DNA from: an archaeon
GTDB taxonomy: Archaea > EX4484-52 > WAPT01
DNA: 64,000 nt
Direction: 5' to 3'
Assembly: GCA_029258795.1 (NCBI GenBank)
Contig: JAPDKB010000007.1
Coordinates: forward strand, 64,001 to 128,000
Shown here in pieces: positions 48,987 to 58,905 of this stretch (positions are counted from its first letter, which is position 1; each line of letters opens with the position of its first letter). Under the pieces are notes generated by a model. That model made no database searches. It had not been told where the DNA came from and saw only the letters and a list, made by a program, of their open reading frames with translations. A program made the position numbers and the translations under genes.

Positions 48987-49255
48987 TGCAATGGGATGAG
49001 TGTATGAAAAAGAATTTGGTAAAAATGAAAAGAAAAGATCCAGAACTGGCGAGATCATTGCTAAAAATCGCAATAGAAAGGGTTAAATTCTTTTCATCCA
49101 GAGATGTGTCTGTGTTCATGCTGGAAGGTATCTATGAAGCCATACTCGAAGTTTGTCATGCATTTCTGGCTCTGGAAAAATATATTTCCAAAGAGCTGGA
49201 AATTTTCGAAATTCTGAAGAATGAGCTTGAAAAGCGCCTGAAAATTCAATCCTAA
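48986..49255 (+). pseudogene. Internally deleted HEPN partner of the MNT
   Basis: DPELARSLL...YEAILEVCHAFLALE N-terminal half present; only 89 aa and no Rx4-6H/Y motif. Confidence 0.55.
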
Positions 49256-49272
49256 ACTTAAGATAGAAACAC

Positions 49273-51834
49273 TCACCCTGCCTCCACCCCAGCCTTGCTT
49301 CTTGCTGTAATCTTCCTGTCCAGCACGAGCTTGCCGTTCTCGTCAAACTTCACGCCAAAGACTCTCGAGATTCCGCCTTCCATCACCACGCCGTATATGC
49401 GAGATGCCTTTTTAACCGTTATGTCGTTGTGAGAAATAACTATGAACTGCGAACTCTTGGAATACATGTTGATCAGATCGCCGAGCTTTTCAGAATTCAC
49501 AGGATCCAAAGCTGCATCTATCTCATCCAGAGCATAGAACGGATACGGCTTGTACTGCTGCACAGCGAACAGAAAAGCTATGGCAACCATCGTTTTTTCT
49601 CCGCCGGACAAAGCGTCAATGCTCGTGATCTTCTTGTTTTTCGGCCTCACGTTTATCAGCAAACCGCTTTCTATGTCATCTTCCCTCTCAAGCTTCAGCT
49701 CCACACTTCCACCGATCAGCTCATCAAAAACCTCGTTGAACTTTTCATTCAGACCTCTCAGCGTGTCCATAAAAACGCGCTTCCTCTTCTCCTCGATCTC
49801 CTCAATCATCCCGAGTATCCTGGCTTTCTCCTCCCTCAGCTTCTTAACCTTTTCAGCAAACTCCTCATAGTCTTTTCTGAACTCCTCGTAATCCTCTATA
49901 GCTTTAAGGTTGACAGGAGAGAGAGCACGTATCCTCATCTCTATGCTCCTTATCTCAGCCTGCAACTGCTGCGGGTCCTTCTGCTCCAGCCCCTCCCTGT
50001 CCTTATACTTCTCAAATTCAATCATGATGTTCTCCAGCTCTCCCTCCAGCCTCGCCTTCCTTATCTTCAGCTGGTTAACCTCCGCTTCCAGCCGCAACCT
50101 CTGCTCCACCTTGAACCTTCTTTCTTCCTTCAGCTTGGCAAGTTTCTCCATCAACTCCTTCTTCTTCTCTTCCAGCTTTTTGACCTCCTGATTCTCCTCC
50201 TTCTCGCTCCTTCTCTTCTCCTCAAGCAGAGAACTCAAGTCCTTTATCTCCTGCTCCAGCTCCTCCATCTCCTTATCTATTTCAGCAAGCCTTCTCTCAT
50301 ACTCCTTGATCTTGGCCATTTCAACTGCCTGAAGCTTCTTCTTAGCTTCCTTTATGTGCCCGCCAATTATCGCTCCAGACGGTTCGAAAAGCTCGCCCTC
50401 AAGCGTAACAACCCTGACCCCTCTTGTCCTTCTCGCAGCTTCAATATCTTCAGCTACAAGCGTATCTCTGAACACGTACCTGAAGGCCTTCTCGTATTTC
50501 TTGTCGAATTCCACCAGATTGATTGCAAAATCCACTATACCCGGCATCTTTGCAGCTTGCTCTGCCTTGCCGGAAATCGGATGCTCTTCCAGCCTGTCAA
50601 GAGGTAAGAACCTCAACCTTCCAAGCTTTTCTCTCTTCAGATAATTTATGGCTTGAATGGCTACATCTTCGCTTTCAACAACCACATCATCGAGATGATT
50701 TCCTGCTGCAACCTCTATAGCTGTGCGGAACTTCTCGTCAACCTTCATGAGCTGTGCTATAGTGCCAATGACACCATCCATGCCAAGAGCAAGCAGCTGG
50801 CTCAATGCTCTGTTTCCGGCATCGATAGCTGAGCTTACCCTTTTGAGATGAGCAATCATCTCTTCAACATTCTTCCTCTCTCGCTTAAGTGCTTCAAGCT
50901 TCGCATGCCTCTTGTTTATCTTCATCACAAGTTCCTCTATCTCCCTCCTAAGCTCCGCATTCACACTCTTCTCTATTATCTCCTGGTTCAGCTTTTCAAT
51001 TTCCTTCTCAATCCTCTCTATCTCCTCATCACTCTCTCCTGCCTTGGAGCTTATGGCTTCAAGCTCCTTCTCCTTGACCTCAAGGTTTCTTTTCACACTC
51101 TCCAGCATGGACTCAACCGCTTTAAGGCGGGAATAAGCAAGGTTTGCCTTCAGCATGTCAAGCCTTTCCTCCAGCTTTCTGTATTCAATGGCAGCATCCC
51201 TCTCCTTCTTCAGCTTCTCCACAATCTTCGTCTTCTCTTCCAGAATTATCTCCGCTTCCGCAAGCTTTCTCTCGGCTTTTTCCAGCTCCTTCAATGCCTT
51301 CTCCTTCTTCTCGTTGTACTCCCTTATACCGGCAATGTCATCGATTATCTCCCTCCTCTCCTTCGGCCTCATCTCAAGCAATCTTGTAATATCCCCCTGC
51401 TGGATTATGTTGAATGACTCCGCATCTATACCTATGCTTCTCAGCACCTCAACCAGCTTTCTCCTTGTCACCGTCTTGCCGTTTATTTTGAAAACGGATT
51501 TCCCGCTCCTGTCAACCTTTCTGGAGATCACAAGAACATCATCCTCAACATCCTCCACAACTTTTCCGGAATTATCCAGATGAAGCTCAACAACCGCATA
51601 ATCTGCTGGCTTCCTGCCGTTACCTCCGTTGAAAATGACCTGAGCAAGCCTCTCGGCTCTTATGTTGGAAGACCTTGAACCGAGAACGAACACCAACCCA
51701 TCGATTATGTTGGACTTGCCCGAACCGTTTGGACCTATGATCGCGTTGAACTCCTTCTCCAGCGGTATCTCTACCCTGCCAGCGAAGGACTTGAAGTTCT
51801 CGAAAACTATGCGCTTTATGTGGGTGGTGCTCAT
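49273..51834 (-). CDS. smc: Chromosome segregation protein Smc with unusually short arms (853 aa)
   Basis: FKSF, GPNGSGKSN, IIQQGDI, hinge GVIGTIAQL...GELFEPSGAIIGG, LSGGEK, LDEIDAALD, QFIVISH. Confidence 0.93.
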   Translation of the reverse strand: MSTTHIKRIVFENFKSFAGRVEIPLEKEFNAIIGPNGSGKSNIIDGLVFVLGSRSSNIRAERLAQVIFNGGNGRKPADYAVVELHLDNSGKVVEDVEDDVLVISRKVDRSGKSVFKINGKTVTRRKLVEVLRSIGIDAESFNIIQQGDITRLLEMRPKERREIIDDIAGIREYNEKKEKALKELEKAERKLAEAEIILEEKTKIVEKLKKERDAAIEYRKLEERLDMLKANLAYSRLKAVESMLESVKRNLEVKEKELEAISSKAGESDEEIERIEKEIEKLNQEIIEKSVNAELRREIEELVMKINKRHAKLEALKRERKNVEEMIAHLKRVSSAIDAGNRALSQLLALGMDGVIGTIAQLMKVDEKFRTAIEVAAGNHLDDVVVESEDVAIQAINYLKREKLGRLRFLPLDRLEEHPISGKAEQAAKMPGIVDFAINLVEFDKKYEKAFRYVFRDTLVAEDIEAARRTRGVRVVTLEGELFEPSGAIIGGHIKEAKKKLQAVEMAKIKEYERRLAEIDKEMEELEQEIKDLSSLLEEKRRSEKEENQEVKKLEEKKKELMEKLAKLKEERRFKVEQRLRLEAEVNQLKIRKARLEGELENIMIEFEKYKDREGLEQKDPQQLQAEIRSIEMRIRALSPVNLKAIEDYEEFRKDYEEFAEKVKKLREEKARILGMIEEIEEKRKRVFMDTLRGLNEKFNEVFDELIGGSVELKLEREDDIESGLLINVRPKNKKITSIDALSGGEKTMVAIAFLFAVQQYKPYPFYALDEIDAALDPVNSEKLGDLINMYSKSSQFIVISHNDITVKKASRIYGVVMEGGISRVFGVKFDENGKLVLDRKITARSKAGVEAG

Positions 51835-51883
51835 ACAGTTTAATTTTGATGCAGAAGGTGTATAAATTATTTTTTGAGGAGAT

Positions 51884-52762
51884 TCACAACCTCAAATTCT
51901 CCTGATCAACCAGCCATGCTCCAAGAATTATCAGAAGCAAGCCGATAATGGGTGCCGGTATTATTGGCTCGTGGATGATGAAGTAGATGAAGATAAGCGA
52001 GACAAACGGCGTTAAAAACACAATGGATGCCGGTCTTGCCACCTCTCCCAGCTCTATGGCTTTAAACCACAAAAATGTTGCGATTCCATCGGTAAAGGCG
52101 CCTATCCACCCCACCCCAAAAAGCTCTAGCATGCTCAACTTTCTGATATGGATGAAGGGTGAGAATGTTAAAAGCGCGAGCAAGCATGCGAAAAGATAAT
52201 AGTGGAAGGTGGCGACGAGCTTGTCGTACTTGAGCTTTTTGCCGAGAGCGAAAAACAGACCTGTGGTGAAAGCAGCAAGCACAGCAATAACATCTGCAAG
52301 CGGGTTGAAGGTGAGCATACCACCATTCCCTCCCAGAATTATTACCATAGCCCCTCCAAATCCGAGTGAGACTCCCGCGAGCTTGGTTTTTGTTAGCTTT
52401 TCATTGAGGAGGAAGCTTGCAAACAAGACAAGCGCCACAGGCCACAGGTAATTCAGAATGAAAACTTCCTGCGCACTTCCAATGTCCAGCGCTGCAAAAA
52501 AGAGGAAATAGTACATATAACAGCCCAAAAATCCCATAAATGCAAAAGTACCGTAATCTTTCAGGGTGTATCCTTTCAATGCTCCCAACCCTTTGTCCAG
52601 AGCAATGGCAATTAACAGTGCAAGAACAGAAAAAGGAAAGCTATAAAACAAAAGCTCAAAGCTGTTCATGTTTTGGAGAGTGATCTTGCCCACAGCCGGC
52701 GTGGTGGCCCATAAAAACACCACTGCCAAAGCAAGCATTATTTGTAGTTTGCTGCGATGCAT
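51884..52762 (-). CDS. EamA/DMT family transporter
   Basis: About 10 TM helices; ILNYLWP, LNEKL, FLTPFVS, IHEPI. Confidence 0.9.
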   Translation of the reverse strand: MHRSKLQIMLALAVVFLWATTPAVGKITLQNMNSFELLFYSFPFSVLALLIAIALDKGLGALKGYTLKDYGTFAFMGFLGCYMYYFLFFAALDIGSAQEVFILNYLWPVALVLFASFLLNEKLTKTKLAGVSLGFGGAMVIILGGNGGMLTFNPLADVIAVLAAFTTGLFFALGKKLKYDKLVATFHYYLFACLLALLTFSPFIHIRKLSMLELFGVGWIGAFTDGIATFLWFKAIELGEVARPASIVFLTPFVSLIFIYFIIHEPIIPAPIIGLLLIILGAWLVDQENLRL

Positions 52763-52834
52763 AAAGGGTTAATTACTCGCTTGAGGCATATAAATGTTCC
52801 TCAAAAAGTAAAGTAAGAAAGGGAAAATACAGAA

Positions 52835-55033
52835 TCACTCCTCCTCGATCCTCGGCATTTCCAGCTTCATTCCCTTCCTCTTCCTGATGTCCATGATGTA
52901 TTTTTCCTGCAGCTCATCGGGCACCTTCTCATAGATGATGTCAACCAGCGACTGGAATCCTCTTCCTCCAGTTGCTGACTTAAGCGCTGCTTCAAATCCG
53001 CTTATCTCCGCAACTGGCAGCTTGACCTTCAGTATTGTCATTCCGCTTTCTTCATTCATCTCCAAAATCTGTCCTCTTCTGTTCTGCACTTCCTTGATGA
53101 CATTACCTACGGTTTCTGATGGCGCGTCTATACGGAGAATCTGTTTCGGCTCGAGCAGCATCGCTCCAGCATCAAGCATCGCATTCCTTATAGCTTGCTT
53201 AACCGCTGGATAGACCTGCGCTGGACCTCTGTGGATGGAGTCCTCGTGCAGCTTGGCATCCATCAGCTTGACCTTCAGGCCAAAGCACGGCTCTCCTGCA
53301 AGAGGGCCTTCATCACATATCTGGCGGAAAGCATCTATAACAAGCTCCTTAACCTCCTCTATCTGAATTATACCTCTGGTCATGTTGAGGATGATGTTCG
53401 TGTCATATATGTCCCACACGTTCCTAGCTTCCTCCCTGTCCATGCCCAGAGCGACGAGCTTCTCCGTTATCTCCTTCACGTCCTGTCTTCTTATCTTGGC
53501 AACCTCAAGCTCCTTGCGGAACAGTGCTTCCACCACGCTCTGCTCGAGGGGCTCGACCATGATGTAGAACTTGTTGTGCTTGTTGGGCGACTTACCCTCG
53601 AATATTCTGGATTGCTTCCTTACACTCTCTCTAAAGATGACGATCGGTGGTGAAACAATGATATCTATGCCCTTATCCTTCAGGAACCTCTCCACCTTGG
53701 CTTCTATGTGCAGTTCTCCAAGTCCGGAAACAAGCGTCTCGCCAGTATCCTCTGAAATCTGTACTCTCAGTGTTGGATCCTCCCTTGCGCGCTGTCTCAA
53801 AAGCTCTATCATCTTCGGCAGATTTTTGACATCCTTGACTTCAATGGATTTGGTCACGACAGGCTCGAATATGTGCTTTATCTCTTCAAACGGCGCAACT
53901 TTCATTCCCGGATCGCACACTGTTTCTCCGGCAAAAGCATCCAGCAGACCGGTCACAGCAATTATGTTTCCTGCGGGAATTTCAGGCACAGCAAACCTTC
54001 TCGGTCCGAGGAAGAGTGCAACCTGCTGCACCCTCTCCTTCTTGTCCTGTGTTACCAGATACACCTCCTGCCCCTCTTTTATCGTACCGCTGAATATACG
54101 CATGGTTGTAACTGTGCCGGCATGAGGATCAGAAGCCACGTTCGTGACGACTCCAACAAGCGGGCCGTTGCTGTCACACTCAACCATTGATTTACCTTCA
54201 GGCGTGTCAAGGTCTCCAGTCCATATAGTCGCTATTCTGTACTTCTGAGCTTCCTTGGGGGAGGGTAAGTGTCTCACCACCATATCCAGCAATACCTGAT
54301 GCACCTTTGCTTTCTTTGCAAGCTCGTCCTCCTTTCCGGCATTCGTAAGCTCAATTATGTCCTTGAATGTTATGCCCGTCTTCTGCATGAACGGGAAGGA
54401 TATGGCCCATCTTCTGTAAGCCGAACCGAAGGCCACCTTGCCGGACTGCACGTCAACAAGCCACTTCTCCTTGTATTCATCAGGAGCGTACTTTCTTATC
54501 AGGTTGTTAACATCGTTTATGTGCTTCATCAATCTCTGCTGCATCTCTTCCGGAGAGAGCTTCAGCTCCTTGATCAAACGATCAACCTTATTGATGAAGA
54601 GCACGGGCTTGACCTTTTCCTTGAGCGCCTGCCTCAACACGGTTTCTGTTTGAGGCATCACGCCCTCAACAGCACAGACAAGAACTATAACTCCATCAAC
54701 TGCTCGCATGGCTCTTGTAACATCTCCACCAAAGTCAACGTGTCCGGGGGTATCTATCAGGTTTATCAAATATTTTTCTCCACCATACTCGTGAATCATG
54801 GAAGCGTTAGCTGAATAGATGGTTATACCTCTCTCCTGCTCCTGCTTGTCGAAGTCCATGAAAAGCTGGCTTCCCGCAAGCTCCTCAGAAAGCATGCCCG
54901 CTCCTGCAAGCAGGTGATCGGAAAGAGTGGTCTTACCGTGATCTATGTGGGCAGCGATACCTATGTTTCTTATCTTGGTTGGATCCTTCGATATCTTCTT
55001 AATTTCATTTATCATGTCCTCAACCTTACCCAT
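52835..55033 (-). CDS. fusA: Elongation factor 2
   Basis: AHIDHGKTT, RGITI, DTPGHVDF, NKVD, diphthamide loop HEDSIHRGPAQ. Confidence 0.98.
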   Translation of the reverse strand: MGKVEDMINEIKKISKDPTKIRNIGIAAHIDHGKTTLSDHLLAGAGMLSEELAGSQLFMDFDKQEQERGITIYSANASMIHEYGGEKYLINLIDTPGHVDFGGDVTRAMRAVDGVIVLVCAVEGVMPQTETVLRQALKEKVKPVLFINKVDRLIKELKLSPEEMQQRLMKHINDVNNLIRKYAPDEYKEKWLVDVQSGKVAFGSAYRRWAISFPFMQKTGITFKDIIELTNAGKEDELAKKAKVHQVLLDMVVRHLPSPKEAQKYRIATIWTGDLDTPEGKSMVECDSNGPLVGVVTNVASDPHAGTVTTMRIFSGTIKEGQEVYLVTQDKKERVQQVALFLGPRRFAVPEIPAGNIIAVTGLLDAFAGETVCDPGMKVAPFEEIKHIFEPVVTKSIEVKDVKNLPKMIELLRQRAREDPTLRVQISEDTGETLVSGLGELHIEAKVERFLKDKGIDIIVSPPIVIFRESVRKQSRIFEGKSPNKHNKFYIMVEPLEQSVVEALFRKELEVAKIRRQDVKEITEKLVALGMDREEARNVWDIYDTNIILNMTRGIIQIEEVKELVIDAFRQICDEGPLAGEPCFGLKVKLMDAKLHEDSIHRGPAQVYPAVKQAIRNAMLDAGAMLLEPKQILRIDAPSETVGNVIKEVQNRRGQILEMNEESGMTILKVKLPVAEISGFEAALKSATGGRGFQSLVDIIYEKVPDELQEKYIMDIRKRKGMKLEMPRIEEE

Positions 55034-55207
55034 AACACCTCACCACCGCTCGAAATCACTTGCAAAAGCAAAACGCGACAGAAGCGCTGAATGAGGTTTA
55101 ATAATGATTCGATAGATTTAATAAGGTTTTGGTTTTTGAAAATGCTTGGTTTTAGAATTTGAAGTTTACAGCACATATTAATTTTTGCGGTTGCCGTTAA
55201 AATCTAA

Positions 55208-55588
55208 GTGGTGTGGATGTCTGCATCATCCCAGAAAACAAGAAGGCCCTCCCGCAAGCCAAAATGGCAGAAAGAAATAGCAAGGGAGAGAATTGAAATT
55301 CTCTTCAAGCTTGCGGATGAGGAGTTCCGCAATGGCAGAAAGGATCTTGCCAACAGGTATGTGAAGCTTGCAAGAAAAATAGCGATGAAATACAATGTGA
55401 GGATTCCACGGTATCTGAAAAGAAGGTTCTGCAAAAAGTGTCATGCTTACCTGAAGCCGGGTGTGAACGCAAGGGTGCGCGTGAGATCCAAGCAGAAGTA
55501 CGTGCTCATAACCTGCCTTGAATGCGGACATAAGATGAGATTTCCCTATGTCAGGGAGAAAAAAACAAAAAAGCGGGAAGAGGTATAA
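55208..55588 (+). CDS. rnp4: RNase P protein component 4 (Rpp21)
   Basis: IARERIEILF, RYVKLA, KRRFCKKCH..L.PG, ITCLECG..RFP. Confidence 0.93.
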   Translation: MVWMSASSQKTRRPSRKPKWQKEIARERIEILFKLADEEFRNGRKDLANRYVKLARKIAMKYNVRIPRYLKRRFCKKCHAYLKPGVNARVRVRSKQKYVLITCLECGHKMRFPYVREKKTKKREEV

Positions 55589-55590
55589 AC

Positions 55591-55999
55591 ATGCAGAAGT
55601 CATTTTCCAGTTTGCGAAGAAAGTACTTGAAGCTTAAGGCAAGAGCTCTTAGAGATGAGGATAGGAGGTTCAAAGAATTTGTGAAGCGGATAGTGAATAA
55701 ATATAATGGCTAAATATAATGGCAAAGTTGTTGTAATTCTCTTCGGCTCGCGGGCCAGAAAAGCTGACTACGATGTTTTCGTGGTGGTTGAAAAGATAAG
55801 GGACTACTGGAAGGAGCTCGAAAGTATGTATCATCTCAAGCCGAGATTTCTTGAGGTGGATGTTGTGCTTGCGGAAGAAAAGGATGTGATCAACTATTAT
55901 CACGATGATGTTCTCACGCGAGAAGCGCTGAAAGGCAAGTGGCTGCACGACGGTCTTAAGCTGAAGGAAAAGCTCTCCCGAGTTCTAAAAACCAGTTGA
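55591..55999 (+). pseudogene. Minimal nucleotidyltransferase interrupted by a 13-bp tandem duplication
   Basis: TAAATATAATGGC twice (55698-55723) creates a stop at 55711; removing one copy joins MQKS...VNKYNG to KVVVILFGSRAR..DYD. Confidence 0.75.
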
Positions 56000-56135
56000 A
56001 GGGAGCGCTCATTTACCCCGGAACAGATCATCTGCAGATCAGCGCTCAGCCTCTGACGGTAAAATCATCGCGCCCCAGAAAAAGTTTGTGGTGGGAATTT
56101 TAAAACCGTTTCAGTAAAAATCGAACAGCTGGGAG

Positions 56136-56939
56136 TTACAAATACTCGTGAATTAACATGGTATCTTTACCGTTTATACCTCTTCCAAACTCAACAACCC
56201 AGCCGAATCCGTTTCCGTTGCCGTTATTTCTTTTGAGCGCACTTCCGTTTTGCATCACGCGTGAATAGTTGCCCTGCAACAGCTTTTTGGTGTGGTAATG
56301 TCCGAAATCGACAAGGTTTGGTGGATCGAATCCCTTCTTTACGGCTTTGGAAATGTAATGATCCGCATACTTTGTGATGCACTCCCCGTTGTTTCCCTTC
56401 GGGTGAATCAGGTCAAGAGTATAACGATTATTGAGTTTGACCCTAACAAAACCCGCGCCCATCACCTCTATATCAGTCCTGTCGTCAAGCAATTCCCTGA
56501 AAATTTCCGCCGCACCCTTATATGATATCTTTCCATCATCTCTATCTATGAGAAAAGATGCAGCATGAATATCATGATTGCCAAGCACCACATAATATTT
56601 GTTATTTTCCACCTCCGGTAAGCTCTTTTTCAACCCTTCTATCTGCTCGTAAACTATCTTTTCACCAATATCCTTTGGAAGTTTGAGATTATAGGCGCTT
56701 TCCACCACATCCCCGACTATAAAATGCGTTCTCACACCATAGTTAATTGCATCCATGAAATACTTTTGAATTAACGGTTCATCGCAATCCGCATGCCCGC
56801 AATGGAAGTCGGAGGTTAAAGAAAAAATCGTTCGATCATTAAACTCAATCTCTTTCGGCGACTTGAGGTGGGAACGAATCATTTTCCAGTAAGCATTGAT
56901 CCATTTTATGGTGCCGTTCTTTTTGGATCCCATCCTCAA
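56136..56939 (-). CDS. Calcineurin-like metallophosphoesterase
   Basis: SDFHCG, GDVVE, GNHD, IHP, GHYH. Confidence 0.85.
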   Translation of the reverse strand: MRMGSKKNGTIKWINAYWKMIRSHLKSPKEIEFNDRTIFSLTSDFHCGHADCDEPLIQKYFMDAINYGVRTHFIVGDVVESAYNLKLPKDIGEKIVYEQIEGLKKSLPEVENNKYYVVLGNHDIHAASFLIDRDDGKISYKGAAEIFRELLDDRTDIEVMGAGFVRVKLNNRYTLDLIHPKGNNGECITKYADHYISKAVKKGFDPPNLVDFGHYHTKKLLQGNYSRVMQNGSALKRNNGNGNGFGWVVEFGRGINGKDTMLIHEYL

Positions 56940-57023
56940 TCCCTACCAACATGTCGAGATATCAATGCTTCACAATTGAGAGTTCCATTCATTAACTATT
57001 TAAATGTTTTGCACGTCTCGATT

Positions 57024-57768
57024 GGACATATCAACTTAACTCCCCCTTAGCCCACACAACCATATTATACAAGCCGACAAAACTTTCGACAAAACACTCA
57101 ACACACCCACCAACATCTCTGGCATTCCTTCTAAAACAATTATAAAACCTCCTTGTCCTATGCTTCAGAACAAAAACCATGACTCAACAAAACTTCTCTT
57201 TCCAAATCTTTCATGCTTATATCTCAATCCAAATCTCTCCAGAGCCCGTATATACCATGGAGCTTTATCCACCAAAATCAACTCCGGCTTACCAGTACAT
57301 TTGCTCAAAACTTTCTTAACAAAAACAAAAGCGTCCAGAGAGCTTCTCCCTTTGCTTACATGCAGAGCTATTACCTCCTTTCTTTCCAGATCTCTTGCAA
57401 TCCATACATAAAAGCCATCAAGTTTTGTCTCATCATTGCTATCGTTTTTCTTTTTACTGGCTTTATTTCCCTGAGAAATTCTTTCGTTTTTCTGAATAAC
57501 TTTCTCACGTTCTCATGGCTCATATCTGTTTCATCTCCTGCTTTTCTGTATGATAATCCCGAGAAATAAAGCAATACTGGCTTTATCTTGTTTTTCTTTC
57601 AGCTTTTTGTTTCTTTTAAATATCCTTGAGAACATTTCATCTATATGGGGGCTCAGCATGGTATATCACATCCTTTAATGTGTGTTTTGCAAAATCAAGA
57701 TATGCTGAGCCCCCTTATTTCGATTTTTATGCTAGAGTGGAGAAATTGGTTCTTAAGTTGACATGCTC
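57024..57768 (-). mobile_element. IS6-family element with frameshifted transposase
   Basis: TIRs GGACATATCAACTTAA and TTAAGTTGACATGCTC; fragments GLSYR..SHENVR, DETK..YVWIARD, LVDKAPWY, VESWF..LKHRTRRF lie in different frames. Confidence 0.85.
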
Positions 57769-57827
57769 ACTCAAATTTTCTTATGCTTTTGTTTCAGATT
57801 TTACCTTTCAAATTCATATTCATAGAA

Positions 57828-58859
57828 TTAAGAAAAATCAGGACAAAGCCATAGATAAACTCCATCGTTGTTCGGATTGGAGCAAAGTCTTACATACCTC
57901 CACTTATAGGTTGCACGGATATAAGGAGGGCCGGATGGAGAAGAGGCACACCACACTTGACCTGTGTGTGGATTCACATGTATGTAACAAAATTCACATC
58001 CTTTCCCCCAATATAAACCACATGCAGCCGGATATTGCGACATATAACAGGGAGACCAACAAAATAGGTCGCCTATAGCCGCTACTCCTTTATCAACGTA
58101 ATGTTTGGGACATTGAGGAGGCGGCTCAGGGGGAGTGCTGCCATCGGACCCACCACAACAATCTCCTCTAATAGCTAAACAATTGGAATTATTTCCGCAG
58201 AACTGGGCATCCACATCTGCAAAATAACCACTAGTATCGACTATCCTATAGAACCTCCTATTTCCCATAAAAATTACACCCACATCCCTCTCTACATCTT
58301 GGGTATCATTATAGCTGAGAGGGGAGAAAACCACACCTCCTAAATCAGGGTACTTCTCTCCCCTCCAAAACATCATGTACCACTCAAACTCATGAACAGA
58401 ACACCAGTGATAACCTTTCGGCTCATCTGGTTTTAAGGATATTGAGGGTATAACCATTCCGCTTGGCAAAACTATTTCCTTTGGCGCTTTTCCGGAGAAG
58501 TTATACTTGTGTTTGCTTAGTATCGGCATCGGCATAAGTTTTGCTCCTGTAATTTGCTGCAGGGTCTGTAAGTTTACAGCATCCCCCGGATCAGAAGGAG
58601 CAGCCAGCCCAGTTATTTTATTTCCCTGAAGATCAAGCTCCTTGTTTATCTTTAACTGATCTGCCTCAAAACTTAACCATTCTGAGAGCTGATGGTACTG
58701 ATTGTTTATCAAGACATAGATATCAGTGATGAGATGAAAAGCAGGGCTTTGCTGAACAACTTCATCCAAAGTTAAAGCTTTAACAGACAAATTTAGAGTT
58801 AGCATACAGAATAATAAGATGATGACCATCCAAACATGTGAGGTTTTCATACCTAGCAT
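57828..58859 (-). CDS. Secreted fibre/adhesin-like protein with Cys-rich tip
   Basis: Signal peptide (SVKA); LDLQGNKITGLAAPSDPGDAVNLQTL resembles the trimeric-fibre neck motif; Cys/Trp/Tyr-rich C-terminus. Confidence 0.65.
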   Translation of the reverse strand: MLGMKTSHVWMVIILLFCMLTLNLSVKALTLDEVVQQSPAFHLITDIYVLINNQYHQLSEWLSFEADQLKINKELDLQGNKITGLAAPSDPGDAVNLQTLQQITGAKLMPMPILSKHKYNFSGKAPKEIVLPSGMVIPSISLKPDEPKGYHWCSVHEFEWYMMFWRGEKYPDLGGVVFSPLSYNDTQDVERDVGVIFMGNRRFYRIVDTSGYFADVDAQFCGNNSNCLAIRGDCCGGSDGSTPPEPPPQCPKHYVDKGVAAIGDLFCWSPCYMSQYPAACGLYWGKGCEFCYIHVNPHTGQVWCASSPSGPPYIRATYKWRYVRLCSNPNNDGVYLWLCPDFS

Positions 58860-58905
58860 TTTGTAAATCTATATTATTTAAATTTATTTTTTTGATTTTG
58901 GGTGT

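Larger units (their letters stand above)
36185..49255. other. Defence island between smc and wHTH-scpA-scpB
   Basis: AAA-DUF4143, type I R-M, HEPN-like genes and an MNT-HEPN pair; cargo genes visibly AT-rich; no integrase seen. Confidence 0.7.

Noticed and set aside
49429-50607. 392-aa Leu-rich ORF antisense to smc, and similar shadow ORFs such as 8260-9396, 31002-31760 and 62957-63778
   Set aside because: These are antisense shadows of well-supported Glu/Lys-rich genes.
56003-56047. GAGCGCT/AGCGCTC inverted repeat after the MNT pseudogene
   Set aside because: A short self-complementary stem with a large loop and no supporting promoter or family features.
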